From: Octopus vulgaris
Taxonomy: Eukaryota
Assembly (NCBI GenBank): GCA_951406725.2
Contig: OX597815.1
Coordinates: 13,764,001 to 13,828,000, forward strand
Length of the DNA: 64,000 bases
Direction: 5' to 3'
The notes beneath the pieces were generated by a model. It was not told the DNA's origin. It saw only the letters and a program-made list of their open reading frames with translations, and searched no databases. Below, one piece after another: positions 26,901-42,372 of the stretch. The position numbers and the translations under genes are program-made. Every line of letters starts with the position of its first letter. The first letter of the stretch is position 1.

Positions 26901-26978
26901 CTTTAGAGTTTCACCTTATCTCACTTTCCAACAGATAATTGTTCGACTTCCTCTGGAATAGAAGACGATTTAAATAAA

Positions 26979-27035
<57 letters not shown>

Positions 27036-27044
<9 letters not shown>

Positions 27045-27637
27045 GCATCCTTTTCGTATCGGGAGACAATGGAGTTGCGCATAAAATAGTCCAGTCCGGG
27101 GCTTTTACATTTCATGTCCTGATACATTTCCTGCCGTGGCTGTGTAGTGCTATCCTGGACAAACACTCACTCTGGCAGGTACCGCAAATGTAGCGAAGAC
27201 TGTTCCTGGCTGGTTGTAATGCCATAGTTTCTTGTTGACGTCTTTTCTTTTCTTTCCATTTCTCCTCTCTCTCTCTCTGTAACTCCTTTGTATTCCTCTT
27301 TTACGGTACGTCGCCAATCTCCACGGTTGCTGGCAATTGCTTCCCAACTGCTAATATTGATGTTGCAGGCCTTCATTTCCCTTTTGCAAACATTCTTGTA
27401 ACGTAGGAACGGTCTACCCACAGACCTAGTACCCCTAGCAAGCTCTCCGTAGAGTATGTCCTTGGGGATTCTGCCATCTTTCATACGGCTAACATGCCCA
27501 AGCCATCTCATACGTCTTTTGTGAGGAATGCAAACATGCTTGGTATTCCTGCTTGCTTGAGGACATCTTTGTTGGGGATATGATTCTGCAATTTGATGCA
27601 GAGGATTTTCCGGAGGCAGCGCAGGTGAAAGATGCTT
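27036..27637 (-). mobile_element. RTE-clade LINE, 5'-truncated 3' end
   Basis: FHLRCLRKIL, RWLGHVSRMKDGRIPKDILYGEL...GRPFLRYKNVCKREMK, C-terminal zinc finger YICGTCQR; tail GGATGCCAACAACAA into (TA)n. Confidence 0.9.
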
Positions 27638-29862
27638 CACTACCTCAAATGTTCTTTCTCTATAATGTTGCCACTTCATATGAAAATTTTTGTATGAATG
27701 GAAAATCTCTATAATTGGCTGATGAGTGCTCAGAATTTTAAAACTGCTGTAATACTTACAACATTTAATAAAATGATGTAGTACGAAACGATCGTACCAA
27801 ATTACCGGAGTCATTCTTGCTGCTTATTTGGATATATATAGTAGCCATCTGAGAAAACATACACTGCTACACAAACTAAATTATTCAGTTACCATTTAGA
27901 CAACTAACTACCTACTTTGTTCCAATACAAGAACTTAATTTTAAACCTTAAACTTTGTATACTCCATATTCTGCAACGTTGTAACCCGCTAAGGTTTCAA
28001 TCCTTCAGCTAACAATATGTGCGAAGTGACACACACCTCAGGAACAATGTGTGGTATGGGATGGATTTTGATATGTTCACGTCAACCTTCATATCCCGCA
28101 TTATAAGCTGATTCCATCAGCGTTACAATGCCATGGCAAATCAAGTATTAGCAGAGCATTACTTTTATACAACCCGGAAGTTGTAACAAGTGTGTAGTTT
28201 TATAATGTAAAATGTCTAGGTTAAATTGAACAGAGACATAATACAACACTTACTATTACGGTCAGAAATCCCATTCGTAGGATTCGTACTCAGCGCGTAA
28301 AATATACATTTGAATACTACAAAGTATTTTACCCATTGTTCCACTTCATTTAATACAATGTGCGTTCCTAACAAAGGTATGGATCCTAGTGGAATATATA
28401 CGAAGAACCTGAGCTCTAATATTTATATTCACGTTACGAAATGAAATTAATTTCTCTTATGCGAATTAAATGTTACATTATCTCGTTCTGATAGAGCAAA
28501 CGTGTTAAATGGCATCCTGGGCCTTACTACCGCGTTTAGTTGTCGCTTATATTAAATTATCTAATATGTCCTTTCGTTATTTTATTTTCTGAGTAGAATA
28601 TCGCTTGAGAATGAATTTTGCTGCTGTTTTTAGCTAGTTGAGCGAAACATTCAGGCCCTTTTTGTGGTTGTTACATGTAAAACTCAGAAGGCAGGAAGAC
28701 GGAAATTGTTGTGAGCCATGTAAGTCTTTCGTTCATATTCTATTAATGACAGCGGTATAGATTTTGAAACCGAGAATTGAAATTCCTTTCAAGTGGATTT
28801 CTCAACAAATTGTTTCTATTTCTCATCAATCTAATGAAGACTTTAGTGTAGGAATTCATACACAGAATTTCAACAGGAGAGGTTATTCTGCATTAAAGTC
28901 TGTAAAATATTTGTTTATATGCACAATAATGTTTATCATTTCCTGAAAAGTTTACCTTAGAATATACAGGGAAATTGAATGCAAGCAGGTTAACAAAATA
29001 GTTTTGTCCCTTTCCACAGTATGCAACTACTATTTGCAAAAATATAATAAAACTAGGATTAATCTAATTTATCAATAATCAGTTTACAATTACAACAGTG
29101 AAGTACATGTGTACTTTAATTTTATAGGAACTGGTCTTTTTAAAAATTTCATCCATATGGACACAAATGTAAAAAGAAAATGCCTAGAAAATTATGATAT
29201 TGTAGTTACAGAATGTTTTGTTCTTTCAATGACTGCCATAACATAATGTTCTTTCATTGAAATCTGTATTCGTATTTTATATCAGAAATTGTACGCCTAC
29301 GTATTGGACATCAAAAACGAACTGTGACATGCGCACACAATGATATCAATACCTGTCAATAGAGAAAGGAATTTTTTTTTTAATTCTTTCAGTTTTAATT
29401 CCAATACATCAGGATGAGATGAAGAATTTTTTTTATTTTTTTTTAATATGCATTTATTAAGCAATTGAATTACTTTCCGGAAATAAAATTATTTCCTTGA
29501 AGCATTTAGCGATTTACTGAAAAGTTGAAATCCTTGCAGGCAAATAGTACTAGTAAGAAAACTATTCTAATAAAGAAGGGTCGTGAGTGCAAATATCTAA
29601 AATATATTAAAACAAAATCCTAAATAAGAGCATTAAAGGAAATAACATTGGAATAACCTAGGAGTTCGTGGAAACTCGGACATGCTCGCTTTTCTTATAC
29701 GACTACTCACTCGAAATGTCATTTCCTCGTTCAACTAAACTGATATAAAGAAATGTTGTCTTATGATTGAAAGGTGAGTCTCGAATACTTGGAGCGCATC
29801 TTTAATAATATTTCCTTTTGTATTATTCCCAAACGTACGCACACACACACACAAACACAAAC

Positions 29863-29964
<102 letters not shown>

Positions 29965-29969
29965 TCATA

Positions 29970-30112
29970 CATGGCCCAGTGGTTAGGGCAGTGGACTCGC
30001 AGTCGTAAGAACGCGGTTTCAATTGCCAGACCGGGCATTGTGAGTGTTTATTGAGCAAAAACACCTAAGCTCCATGAGGCTTCGGCGGAGGGGGAGGGAG
30101 GGTAGTTAACCT
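29970..30112 (+). mobile_element. SINE family D 5' part
   Basis: tRNA-like head TGGCCCAGTGGTTAGGGCAG; matches 39040-39163 in reverse. Confidence 0.75.
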
Positions 30113-30126
30113 CGCTTTAAAAAATA

Positions 30127-30299
30127 GAGGCGTAGGACTCGCTGTATGGTAAGTAGTTTTCTTACGAACCACATGGTTCTGGGTTCAGTCCCACTGCGTG
30201 TCACATTGGGCAAGTGTCTTCTACTATAGCCTCGGGCCAACCAAAGCCTTGTGAGTGAATTTGGTAGAGGGAAACTGAAAGAAGCCCGTCGTATATATA

Positions 30300-30368
<69 letters not shown>

Positions 30369-30496
30369 TTGTCTCCCAACATCGCTTGACAACCGATGCT
30401 GGTGTGTTTACGTCCCCGTAACGTAGCGGTTCGGTGAAAGCGACCGATAGAATAAGTTACTAGGCTTACAAAGAATAAGTCCTGGGGTCGATTTGT
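30127..30496 (+). mobile_element. SINE family B
   Basis: Reverse-complement match to 9844-10247; 3'-truncated. Confidence 0.85.
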
Positions 30497-31003
30497 TGTT
30501 ATTACTATCATTTTTATTATAAATGATATGACAATTTGAAATGCAATTGTCTATGCAGATTTATATAATTAGAAAATAATATAAATAAAGTGTTAAAATC
30601 TGAAAGTTAAGTTAACAAGCAATTATATAAAAAGATAACGCAAATGAAGCTAAAATGATAATTTTATAATTTGGGTTTTATTGAAGAACTCAAAAGAGTT
30701 GTCTCCCCTAACTCACAACACAGGAACTGAAGAACCAGAACCACAATTACTCCTACTTCCTGTCCTGCAAACATGCTGAATTAAACAACACAACACATGC
30801 TCTTAATCCCTTTGGATCTTAACACCTCAAGGTAATTTTTTCGTGAACAACCATAAAACTCAAGATACACAACGAACTCACAATGTATCGGAGAACTTAT
30901 TTTTTAATTTTTGTACATTTTTATCATTATTCTTTTACAAAAATCAATGCAATTTTCTTTTTTTCCCCTTTCTAATTTTTAAAAAAACTTTTTAAAACAT
31001 AAA

Positions 31004-31044
31004 TATTCTTGACAAGTCATACAATGACGAAAACCGGTTGAATA
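31004..31044 (+). ncRNA. Variant hammerhead motif in a PLE 3' region
   Basis: tattc TTGACAA gtcat aca atgac GAAAA ccgg TT gaata: perfect 5-bp stems I and II, palindromic stem III, core changes C3U/G8A plus one extra A. Confidence 0.55.
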
Positions 31045-31178
31045 AATATATATTTATATATTTTATCAATTTCTCATTTTATTAAAATTTTCTTTCATTT
31101 GAGCATTCTGCATTTTTAAAAAAATTTTTCCTTACTTATCATTTCTCCACGTGCGGTCAACACAACCCCACCATTTAT

Positions 31179-31314
<136 letters not shown>

Positions 31315-31547
31315 CCACTACACATTCTTTATTTTCTCTCCCTCTTACTTTCTGTGCTCCTTTTCTCGAAGCGTTAAAGACGTTTCACTTCCCGAGCGTT
31401 ATACTAATACATCTGTTTGTTGTCTACACCACCTGCCTTTGTATACCACTTCCTATAAAGAGAGCCATCGCTCCAAACCATGAATAACTCATTAGCCACA
31501 TTTCTATTATCGTTATTATTATTGATAACGTTAATAATAATTATTCG

Positions 31548-31640
<93 letters not shown>

Positions 31641-31724
31641 AAGGTATACGGGTGTGTGTGATTGTTTATAGAAGAATATATTAATAAAAGGAATTCCAAA
31701 TATATGTATGTATGTCTCTATCTA

Positions 31725-31809
<85 letters not shown>

Positions 31810-31986
31810 CGGTACGCTATAAAGCGCTGCAAAGCATCGGAGTTTTCGACTCGAATCGAACATAGCAAATTAATCCAAAACGTTCTTAGCAGCACAAATG
31901 GAGTCAGAACCGACTAGTACGTATTCGTATCGAGTTGTATTAGTTGTAACAATGGAGTCAATGTCAATGGCTGACTTGAATATTAC

Positions 31987-32017
<31 letters not shown>

Positions 32018-33701
32018 CGTGTATGTGTGTATGTGTGCGTTGTGCGTGTGTGTAAATGAGATAAAAAGAGATAAAAGGTATGATACATGGCACACACCAT
32101 TTACAACGGTTTTATTGAATATGGAACACTGATACGGGAGAGTTGGATTCAACCTTATAATTGGACCTTACAATTTCTCAGATATGCTGCAATCATTTTG
32201 GAAACGGAAATAGAATATGCAAATTTCTCTCACTAATCTATTAATTCGACCCAAAGCAAAGTTTACTACGGGTTGTATTAAGCTCATGATGCGAATGTAC
32301 AGAATAAAATACGTTGAGGTATTTTAGTTAATCGCTCTATGAACCATATCACCAACTGTCATATTCCATTGACTATATTCTTAGAGTTACACGCTGTAAT
32401 AACTACTTCAGTGTCTCTGAAAGCAACTATAAAATATCACCCGATTATATATTTGTTCATCAATAATTTGTAAAATATAAATTATTGAACATAACCATAT
32501 TTAAGTAACTACTAATATTTTATTTATTACAAAATACTTAGGTATATTTCTGTAATTTGCTTTCCCTAGCACTTGATTTAGTCATTAATTATTTTTCGTA
32601 ATGGTTTTAGATATATATTGAAATATACAGCGATTTTTGTTTCCCAGTAGTAGGAAAAATTACTCATAAATTTTACATCATGTATTTTTCAACATATTCT
32701 TCATATCGTAGTCTATTGACTAAGATTTATTTTCAGTTATAAATATTATCTCAGCAGCAAATTTAATATTCATGGTTTCTTTATCACACAGATCAATCCA
32801 GTTCTGTTATAAATTGCTCAAATTCATTTCAGTGTGATGCATTTTAGATACAGATTTCAATGAATAGATAGTGTTAATACTTCATTGGTGAAAGCATAAC
32901 CATTTATTCGGGAGATTTTATATTTTTCTCCTTCATAGCGTGGAAGAAAATGTAATATTTTGTAAGTAATTCTCAATATCCATGGCGTCTGGCAAGCATA
33001 TATCATGTGGACTCTCTTCGATCGATAAATTCTGACATGTTATTCATACAATATTGAGATACAGCATGGCATACTGCCATTGTCTGGTCATCTAATACGA
33101 TTAAACCGGTTTAATAGACAAATGTATTTTTCGGTAAATGGCATATATCTAATCAAATAGCAATAAAGCCATGTTTTATATGATCACAGAAGACATGTGT
33201 TCGTGTCTAAGTATGTATATATAAATGTGTATATATGTATGCATATATGTATTTGAGAACTGCATAGAATTAGGTTCTCATTAGGTGGTTGTAGAAATCC
33301 ATAGTCAGAAAGATGTCAGTACTACAAACAACAAAGGTAACTAGTTTCATTGATTTCTTACAAGAAGACCAAATGTTACATCTTTCTTTTCCTCATAGGA
33401 AAGCAAGGAGATATTTATATTCATAGATATACACATACAAATACACACTTGAAAACAATCGCACACGCAAACATGAACACACGAACACACTCATGTACTT
33501 GCACGTACACAGACACAGAAACACACACACAGAGAAACACACACAAATATGTCTTATACATTCAGAAGAAGATTGCTAACAGACAAATATTTCCTTGCAA
33601 AATTTTGATAAAGTTGCCCTAATTGTAAATAATGAGTGTAATGTTAAATTGCTTTTACATAAAACTTCACCTGCAATCAAACATTAATATATACACGTGT
33701 G

Positions 33702-33732
<31 letters not shown>

Positions 33733-33875
33733 GTAAGTATGTATGTATATAAGGATATGATCGCTATTTTTTTTTTAAATACCGATCATATCAGCTGGCC
33801 AGCATGGGAATAAAAACCTTATAGTAATAATTATTTTTAAAATTATAATCATGGTATCTAAAAGATACGACGATT

Positions 33876-34230
33876 CTAAAGATAGAATTCAAAACTTGAC
33901 TTTGAAACCACATGAGGTATTCATACAGCACAGACAGACAGACAAATACACTAACATAAAATTAAACCGGTCGTTTGCATACGTACATATGTATGTGTGT
34001 ATATGCATGTGTCTATGTAAGTATTCGTATGTTGTATTTATATATTTGTAATTATGTACTATGTGTGTATATCCCACTGATGAGACAGAGTATATTTATG
34101 CAATGCCAGAAATCTAGATCAGGGAATATCCAATAACTTTTTGCTAGTTTATTTGTCTATTTGTCTTTTCTTCTGGTACTATATGAATACTTCATGTGGT
34201 TTTAGAGTTACGTTTCGACTGCTGTCTCTA
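33876..34230. repeat. Diverged inverted repeat (~90-bp arms) of PLE pLTR-like sequence around a microsatellite spacer
   Basis: 33876-33963 versus 34135-34230 share AAACCACATGA(A/G)GTATTCATA; GTCGAAACGTA motif on the minus strand. Confidence 0.65.
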
Positions 34231-34232
34231 GC

Positions 34233-34467
34233 ATGGTGCGAGCTGGCAGAAACGTTAGCACGCCGGGCGAAATGCGCAGCCGTATTTTGTCTGTCGTTAT
34301 GTTGTGAGTTCAAATTCCGCCGAGGTCGACTTTGCCTTTCATCCTTTCGGGGTCGATAAATTAAGTACCAGTTACGCACTGGGGTCGATGTAATCGACTT
34401 AATACCTATGTCTGTCCTTGTTTGTCCCTTCTATGCTTAGCCCCTTGTGGGTAATAAAGAAATAGGT
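34233..34467 (+). mobile_element. SINE family A
   Basis: Full-length match to the other family A copies. Confidence 0.9.
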
Positions 34468-34500
34468 ATCTTTTAAATACCCTTAATTATAATTTTTAAA

Positions 34501-34542
<42 letters not shown>

Positions 34543-34700
34543 GTATATGTATGATTGTATGTATGCATGAATGTATGTATCTATCTATCTATCTATCTAC
34601 TTATGTATCCATGTATGTATGTATGTATGTATGTATGTATGTATGTATGTATGTATCAATCTATCTATCTATCTCCCTCTCTCTCTCTATATATATATAT

Positions 34701-34819
34701 ATCACGTGATCACATGACCGACTAGGCTATCAGATGATGTTACACATCGCTGGTCACAATGCGCTTCGCATTGTTTTAGCCTTCAAATTACGCCACCCCG
34801 CTGGCTAAGCGAGCAGGCC
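34701..34819 (-). mobile_element. SINE family D 3' fragment
   Basis: Same segment as 20971-21082, embedded between TA/TC repeats. Confidence 0.75.
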
Positions 34820-34881
<62 letters not shown>

Positions 34882-35378
34882 CGGTGTTTCTCGTCGTGAA
34901 AGCGTGATTGAGCGCTTAGTAAATTAAGGCGGTAATAATGTTCCATGGACACGTACGCGTCTTTTGAGGCCTGCTGGTTCTTTGGAAGCATTTTGGCAAA
35001 TTGGACAAATTTACTCCAGTGGTTGTGGATCATTACTACGTCTTTTCTAAAACGGACGTTAAAGCCTACTTTGCTCCGAGCATCAATATCACAATGGCAG
35101 GTAAGGTTTACATTGACAGGGGCGGCGTTTTGCCAACGTGTTTTCTTGGTCTGGTCTTAGCATAATCTACCTAGATTCTTCCCTTTTCCTTAACCAATCA
35201 ATGTGCCGATTGCTTGAACCTACTGGAAGCGCAGTAACTCAAATTTATTAAAATAAAGAAATATCCAGTGACGATTATTTATGCCCGTGACTTATACATA
35301 CACAAACACATACTCACACATACAAACAGACATAAATACGCACACACACGTATATGTATATACATACATATTTGTGTG

Positions 35379-35422
<44 letters not shown>

Positions 35423-35497
35423 AGAGTGCGTGTATGTGTGTATATATGTATTATGTGTTTCTGTAAATATATATAATTATGTGTATATATATGAATA

Positions 35498-35587
<90 letters not shown>

Positions 35588-35593
<6 letters not shown>

Positions 35594-35835
35594 GAGACAA
35601 AACCATATTTTGCAAAACAAACAAGGAAAGACTTAATCAATACAAGAAACAATTGTAGTGGCGGTTTTTTTGACTTTTTATTAAAATTTTATGTATTGAT
35701 TAAGTCTTTCCTTGTTTGTTTTGCAAAATAGTGGTTTTGTCTCTAATAATATTATATAATATTTTACTATAAAATTGGATTTAATCCTAAATCTGATTTT
35801 TTCCCTGTAAATTTGGATTTATTCCCTAATATATT

Positions 35836-35840
<5 letters not shown>
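35588..35840 (+). mobile_element. PLE fold-back cassette between (TA)n arrays
   Basis: 35588-35644 pairs with 35692-35749; spacer starts with the HHR 3' half GAAACAATTGTA; tail shared with 2690-2773. Confidence 0.8.
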
Positions 35841-35917
<77 letters not shown>

Positions 35918-36410
35918 ATTGGGGGATTAGTCAATATGCAGGTATTCTATTTCAGATAATACAAAAATAACCTAATGAGTATATCTGACGGTAAACTGAA
36001 GGTACCAGTTTGCACATCATGAAATATAAACGTTATCTTTTGGTGGTATCATCAGTTCAGTCGTTAATAATCAACGTTTAATGCATCAGCGAGATACCTG
36101 CAACATCAGAGTCCTGAAGATATTCTGGTATTCAGCATATCTTCGCCGCCGGATTTCAGAGGCAATCGGTGACCGGACAGCTTCTACTGATGATTTCCAG
36201 TAAAATCAAATACGGGGGTTCCGAGGCACATCATAAGCTGTTCTTTCCAGCTAAGGTCTATGCCTGTTCTTTTCTGTACCAAACACCTACATGAGCTGCT
36301 CCCTTACGGCGAGTAACACAGTATTCCATGTTCTAGCAAGATATCCTAGTTAACTTATATATAAATATTAATTTGTGATAGTTATACTGATTGGAAATAT
36401 ATATATATAA

Positions 36411-36459
<49 letters not shown>

Positions 36460-36498
36460 ATGATATAATATAATATAATATAATATATATATATATGC

Positions 36499-36560
<62 letters not shown>

Positions 36561-36616
36561 ACATGTATATATACATATACATTTATATGTATGTATGTGT
36601 GTATATGTATATATAA

Positions 36617-36815
36617 ATATTAGAAAAAATAAGATATTCAGAGATCTGGATGGTTGTACATATACAAATATTTATTAACATGTCATGTTTTTACAAATCA
36701 TGTGAAAATATGTGATTTGTAAAAGCATATTTGTATATGTACAACCATGCAGATCTTTGAATACCTTTTTTATTCTAATATATAGTATCTGTACATCACC
36801 TCCAAACCTTCTAAT
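36617..36815. mobile_element. Fold-back cassette in microsatellite (PLE-type)
   Basis: 36617-36700 pairs with 36713-36781 apart from an indel containing palindromic ACATGT; tail to 36815. Confidence 0.7.
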
Positions 36816-36816
36816 G

Positions 36817-36855
<39 letters not shown>

Positions 36856-37009
36856 ATGTAAGTATGTGTGTATGTATGTATGTATGTATGTATGCATGTA
36901 TGTATGTGTATTCATCTATTTACATAATATCGAGGTCTCTTTCACTCTTTGGTTGTTTTATTTAATCTTTCTTTAGTATGTATATAATGTAATTTTTCAT
37001 ATATATATA

Positions 37010-38432
37010 TACAACTCCCACCGACACGACTCTGGGACAATCCGCCGCCATGTCTACGACTGCCAGCAATGTCCCGTTTCTTCTCCTCTTCCTCTTTTTC
37101 CTTCTCGACTGGGGAAGGTTGCGTCTCCTCCATGACCTGGAGATTTGCCTCCCCTCTCTCATCCCAAGGATCCTTCGGTGAGCACCCATTACTGCTCACC
37201 TTCTTCTTTTGCGCTTCTTCTTTGAGGAGTCCTCCGTCTCCTCGGCCGCCTTCATTCCCTCCTCTACTGAGGCCTCCGTCAACTGTCCCAGGACTTTGCT
37301 TTGCCATTGAGGACAGTTCTTTTTTATATGGCCAGGCTCCAGACACCGATGACACTTGGAGGGGGGCGTCCTTCAAGCATACCTAGACCCAGCCATTCCC
37401 CAAAATCTGGACCCACTAGACTTTTGGTTGACTGGGTTCATAGAGGGAAAACAGCTTTTGACCCCTGTCAGTCAGCTGCAGACAGAATATTTACGTTGAG
37501 GAGTTTGGTGCTACTGCCACCCAGACTCCGGCGGATATTATCTCCTATCCACTCGGGCTCAACTCCGGGGGGAAAGCCGCTAACCCAAGCCCTCATCAAC
37601 TTCAAAATTTCATTGCCCTCCAGGGGCTGGCTCGCAAATACACAAGCCACTACTGGGGAGTCAAACTGCAACCATGCAGTTGCATATTTGACCTCCCGAG
37701 AGATAAACTTAATCGCTGGCTTAAACTCTGCCAGTTCTCTTTGGATTATATATATATATTTTTTGAAAATGGCAATGACGTCGAGGGTCCCAGAGTAAAC
37801 CCTCCAAATAACCGTCTTACTTTCAAGTTCTTTTAACCATCTTTTGGGTGGTATAATTTCCCACTCCACCAACTTCCTTTGTTTTTTGCCTTGTTTTTTT
37901 TACGTTCAAACAATACAGTTCTTGAAAAACAATTATAATTAAGGAAAAAGAAGGAACAGAAAAAGTCCATACAAAAAGGAAGGAGAAAAATTAACATTTT
38001 TTAATAAAAGATAGATGAAGAGAGAGCAACAGTTCAAAACACAGTAAAGGCCACTCGGTACCCCCGGGCAAAATAATACCGCAATTGTTAAACAGTTAAT
38101 TGCTGAAAAATCATTCCATTTTTCTTCTCATAGGTACTCCTTGACAGGAACAATAATGTTGAAATCTTTTTCTAAAAATTCCCACGGAGATATTCTTAGA
38201 CAAAAACTCTCACCAAAACAATAAATTTCACAATAAACTGAAAGAAATTTTCCCTCAGCCTCAGGCAGACTAGAATCCAGTGAAGATTCTTTGTTTGTAA
38301 AAAATAATTGCGACAAACAACAGGCACACACTAGACCCAAATAAATCTTATCTTACAGCTGAGTTTCAAAAATCTTCAATTTAAGACGGCTTCAAAAACA
38401 CGTCTTACATCTTCAGTGTCAAACACAACTCT
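37010..38432 (-). mobile_element. Tx1/L1-clade LINE 5' half: 5' UTR, decayed ORF1 and probable ORF2 start
   Basis: CCHC knuckle CHRCLEPGHIKKNC at 37313-37354 preceded by LEGRP (frameshifted); RRM-like ORF 37468-37872; MAADCPRVVSVGV broken off at (TA)n. Confidence 0.75.
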
Positions 38433-38896
38433 GATTGTACATGCGCAATAATGTAAGCAAGCTACTTACCACACAGCCACTTCTGAACCTATATACATAG
38501 TTTTTCTACTTTTTCTCCTAGTGAATCTCATTGCTTTTGGGCATACACTTTTCTCATATACATCAGTAATGACATTCTCATTGGTAATGTTCTCGCTGTG
38601 TATTGACCAAATGTAATTCTTTTCCCCAAATATATTGCACTTCATATTCGGGGCTCCAATGAATAACAACTCGAGATTTTTCGAATACTGGTTTATTTAT
38701 GAACTGATAAACGATCCAAAGAGAATAACATTTCATCAAAACTACTTATATTCAAATATTTTCAATATATATATATATATATATATTCAGGCACTCAACT
38801 ACATCTTATAGACGAAACAGCTGCCAGCAACTGAAGTTCATAACACAGCCATTGTTTTTTATGTCACATATTTTCTGCTTTTTCCTTGTGTGTGTA

Positions 38897-39163
38897 TATC
38901 ACCGTGATCACCGTGACCGACCAGGCTATCAGATATTGCTACACGTCGCTGATCACAATGCGTTTCGCATTGTTTTAGCCTTCAAATGACGCCACCCCGC
39001 TGGCTAAGCGAGCAGGCCAACAGAAGAAAGAGTACAACAGGGATCGCCACCCCCCCTCTGCCGGAGCTTTAGGTATTTTTGCTCAATAAACACTCACAAC
39101 GCCCGGTCTGGGATCCTACGACCGCGAGTCCGCTGCCCTAACCCCTGGGCCATTGCGACTCCA
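38897..39163 (-). mobile_element. SINE family D, near full length with internal deletions
   Basis: tRNA-like head at 39120-39163; tail GGTCACGGTGATCACGGTGAT. Confidence 0.8.
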
Positions 39164-39182
39164 CGTGTAAATATATATATAT

Positions 39183-39398
<216 letters not shown>

Positions 39399-39463
39399 CG
39401 TTTTCAAGCTTCATTTTTATAAATATATGACCACTCGTGTGCAACCTACACTTTTTATAAATA

Positions 39464-39800
39464 TAATTCACTATCACTATAGGTGACCAAAGGGTGCAAA
39501 AGGCACAAACATTGCTAGAAATAGAAGTCAATGACTCCTTCGCCAAGAAATGCTATATTTTCTATTTAGGCTTACAAAGAGACAACGTCTTTCCACCGCT
39601 GAACGAGCTGTACGTATAATTTCTTTTACGAAGTTAACATGTTAATCGAATGCCGTTCGCTCACTGTGGGGGAGACGTTGTATCCCCTGTCAGTGCAAAT
39701 AGAATATGTGATATTTTGTGACTAAGGAGTTTTTGAGTGCTATTTCTAGCAAAACCGGTGCTCATTGTATCCATTGGTCACTTTTAGCGACAGTGAATTA
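39464..39800. repeat. Old, diverged fold-back (~145-bp arms)
   Basis: 39464-39608 versus the reverse complement of 39652-39800 share TAATTCACT, GTGACCAA, TTGCTAGAAATAG, ACTCCTT and ACAACGTCT; spacer contains palindromic TTAACATGTTAA. Confidence 0.7.
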
Positions 39801-39941
39801 GATAGATGGGCAGTAAGATAGATAGAACTGTTATATGTATGACATATACATAATTCATAATAAGCTAAAAAGTTCACAGATATCATTAATAGAATTGCTT
39901 CGTTGCTAGTCAACTGACAATTCACACATAATCTTTATATA

Positions 39942-39993
<52 letters not shown>

Positions 39994-40040
39994 ACATATA
40001 CATAAATATATATAAATATACACACACACACATATGTATG

Positions 40041-40140
<100 letters not shown>

Positions 40141-40759
40141 CACACACACACATATATATATATATAATATTTGAATATAAGTAGTTTTGATGAAATGGTA
40201 TTTTCTTTGAATCATTTATCAGTTCATAAATAAACCAGTATACGAAAAATCTTGAGTTGTTATTACTACATAACACTCACACGCAAGCTCATATGAGTGT
40301 GTGTGTGTGTGTATCTGTGTATGCATATGTGTGTACATGTGTGTGTGTGTTTGGGTGCGTATATACATGGGCGTGTTTGTATAAGCGCTCGCGTGTTTAC
40401 TGAAATACAAAAAGAACGAAGAACAATAAAATATTCATATGTTGTAGAAATAGTGTTCATATTGATAAAGAACAAAATATGTCACCGATAAAAAAAAACA
40501 ACAAAAACTAAAGCAAATGAAATTAAACGGACTCATCAAAAATTATATTATTGAAATATGTTCTGCATGTTCTACTCTTTGTAAGATTACTTCGTTCATA
40601 GGAAATAATAAACTCAAGTCACGATTTGCGAAGTACTTCGCAGCCTTTCTATATAATACGAACGAAATAGCTCTAATTTCAGCAGTGCTTATTACACGCG
40701 TTACATTTTTTGTGCACACAGTAATATGGATGTATATGTGTATATATGTGTATATATAC

Positions 40760-40916
<157 letters not shown>

Positions 40917-41037
40917 TATAGCTAAAATTTAGATTCAGATGAATATTGTACTTATGTTGAGGCACCAGAATTTAGTACCATATCATCCATACAATTTCAA
41001 AATAAGGTGATTAAGATCAAAACGAGCAACAACATAT

Positions 41038-41408
<371 letters not shown>

Positions 41409-41422
41409 ATATATATACATAT

Positions 41423-41495
<73 letters not shown>

Positions 41496-41524
41496 TACAC
41501 ACATACATATATATATATATATAT

Positions 41525-41565
<41 letters not shown>

Positions 41566-41570
<5 letters not shown>

Positions 41571-42122
41571 GGTAGCTTCCCCCTCGTTATCGAGTATGGC
41601 CATTGCACGAAGCTTAATCAATGTTGTTATCGTGCAATATCTCTGCAAGAAGATTTTTTTAAAAGTGAGTAAAGGTTGTGCACTGAATCAATCCCACTCA
41701 CTAAGCAACAGCAGCCATAATCCGAAAAGAAGAACAAGTCAACATCATCGATAACAAGTGAGCCGCAGGTTTTATCTCGGAGTTATCCCAGTTACCTGAG
41801 TTACCTTCTCCTAGAAGGATACCTTAACAAATGCTAGGAGTCTTTCACTCCCAATGGTTTAACCGCGCGATCGGGTATTCAGTCCGATTATTTCTGTGTC
41901 CCCGCGCATGATACAGCCTTTAGACATTTATTAGATGGCCGTTGACTCTCAAGAGTTCCTCCGTCCTTTGACGGGTTTTGTTTTTCATTCCGCAGGGGTG
42001 TCCAATAAACCCCCTCCTCACCAAGTAAGCTTGGTGGGGTTGCCGGTTTAGTCGGCGACGACCCGACCATGCAACAGGTTGTACTGGGTTTAGATGTTAC
42101 CAGTAGCATTCGAAAGTGACCT

Positions 42123-42127
<5 letters not shown>
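41566..42127 (-). mobile_element. Non-autonomous RTE-derived element flanked by (TA)n
   Basis: RTE-5'UTR-like GC-rich head (CTAAACCGGCAACCCC, CTAGGAGAAGGTAACTC) and RTE-like 3' end ...CGAGGGGGAAGCTACCATG; no ORF. Confidence 0.5.
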
Positions 42128-42180
<53 letters not shown>

Positions 42181-42181
42181 G

Positions 42182-42372
42182 ATGTGCGTGCATGTTTTTG
42201 AGTCTTTGTCGCTCCGCCATCGCTTGACAACGTTGTTCTGTTTAAGTCTTCGTATCTTAGCAGGATAACATAAGTACTAGGCTTACAAAGAATAACTCCT
42301 GAGGTCGATTGGCTAGACTAAAGTCGGTGCTCCAGTATGCTCGTGGTTAAATGACTGAAACAAGGAAAAGAA
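42182..42372 (+). mobile_element. SINE family B 3' half
   Basis: ATAAGTACTAGGCTTACAAAGAATAA...AATGACTGAAACAAG. Confidence 0.7.

Noticed and set aside
35960-36350. R2/R4-like RT remnant on the minus strand
   Set aside because: Only vague motif traces (AYDVP); cannot be supported without a profile search.
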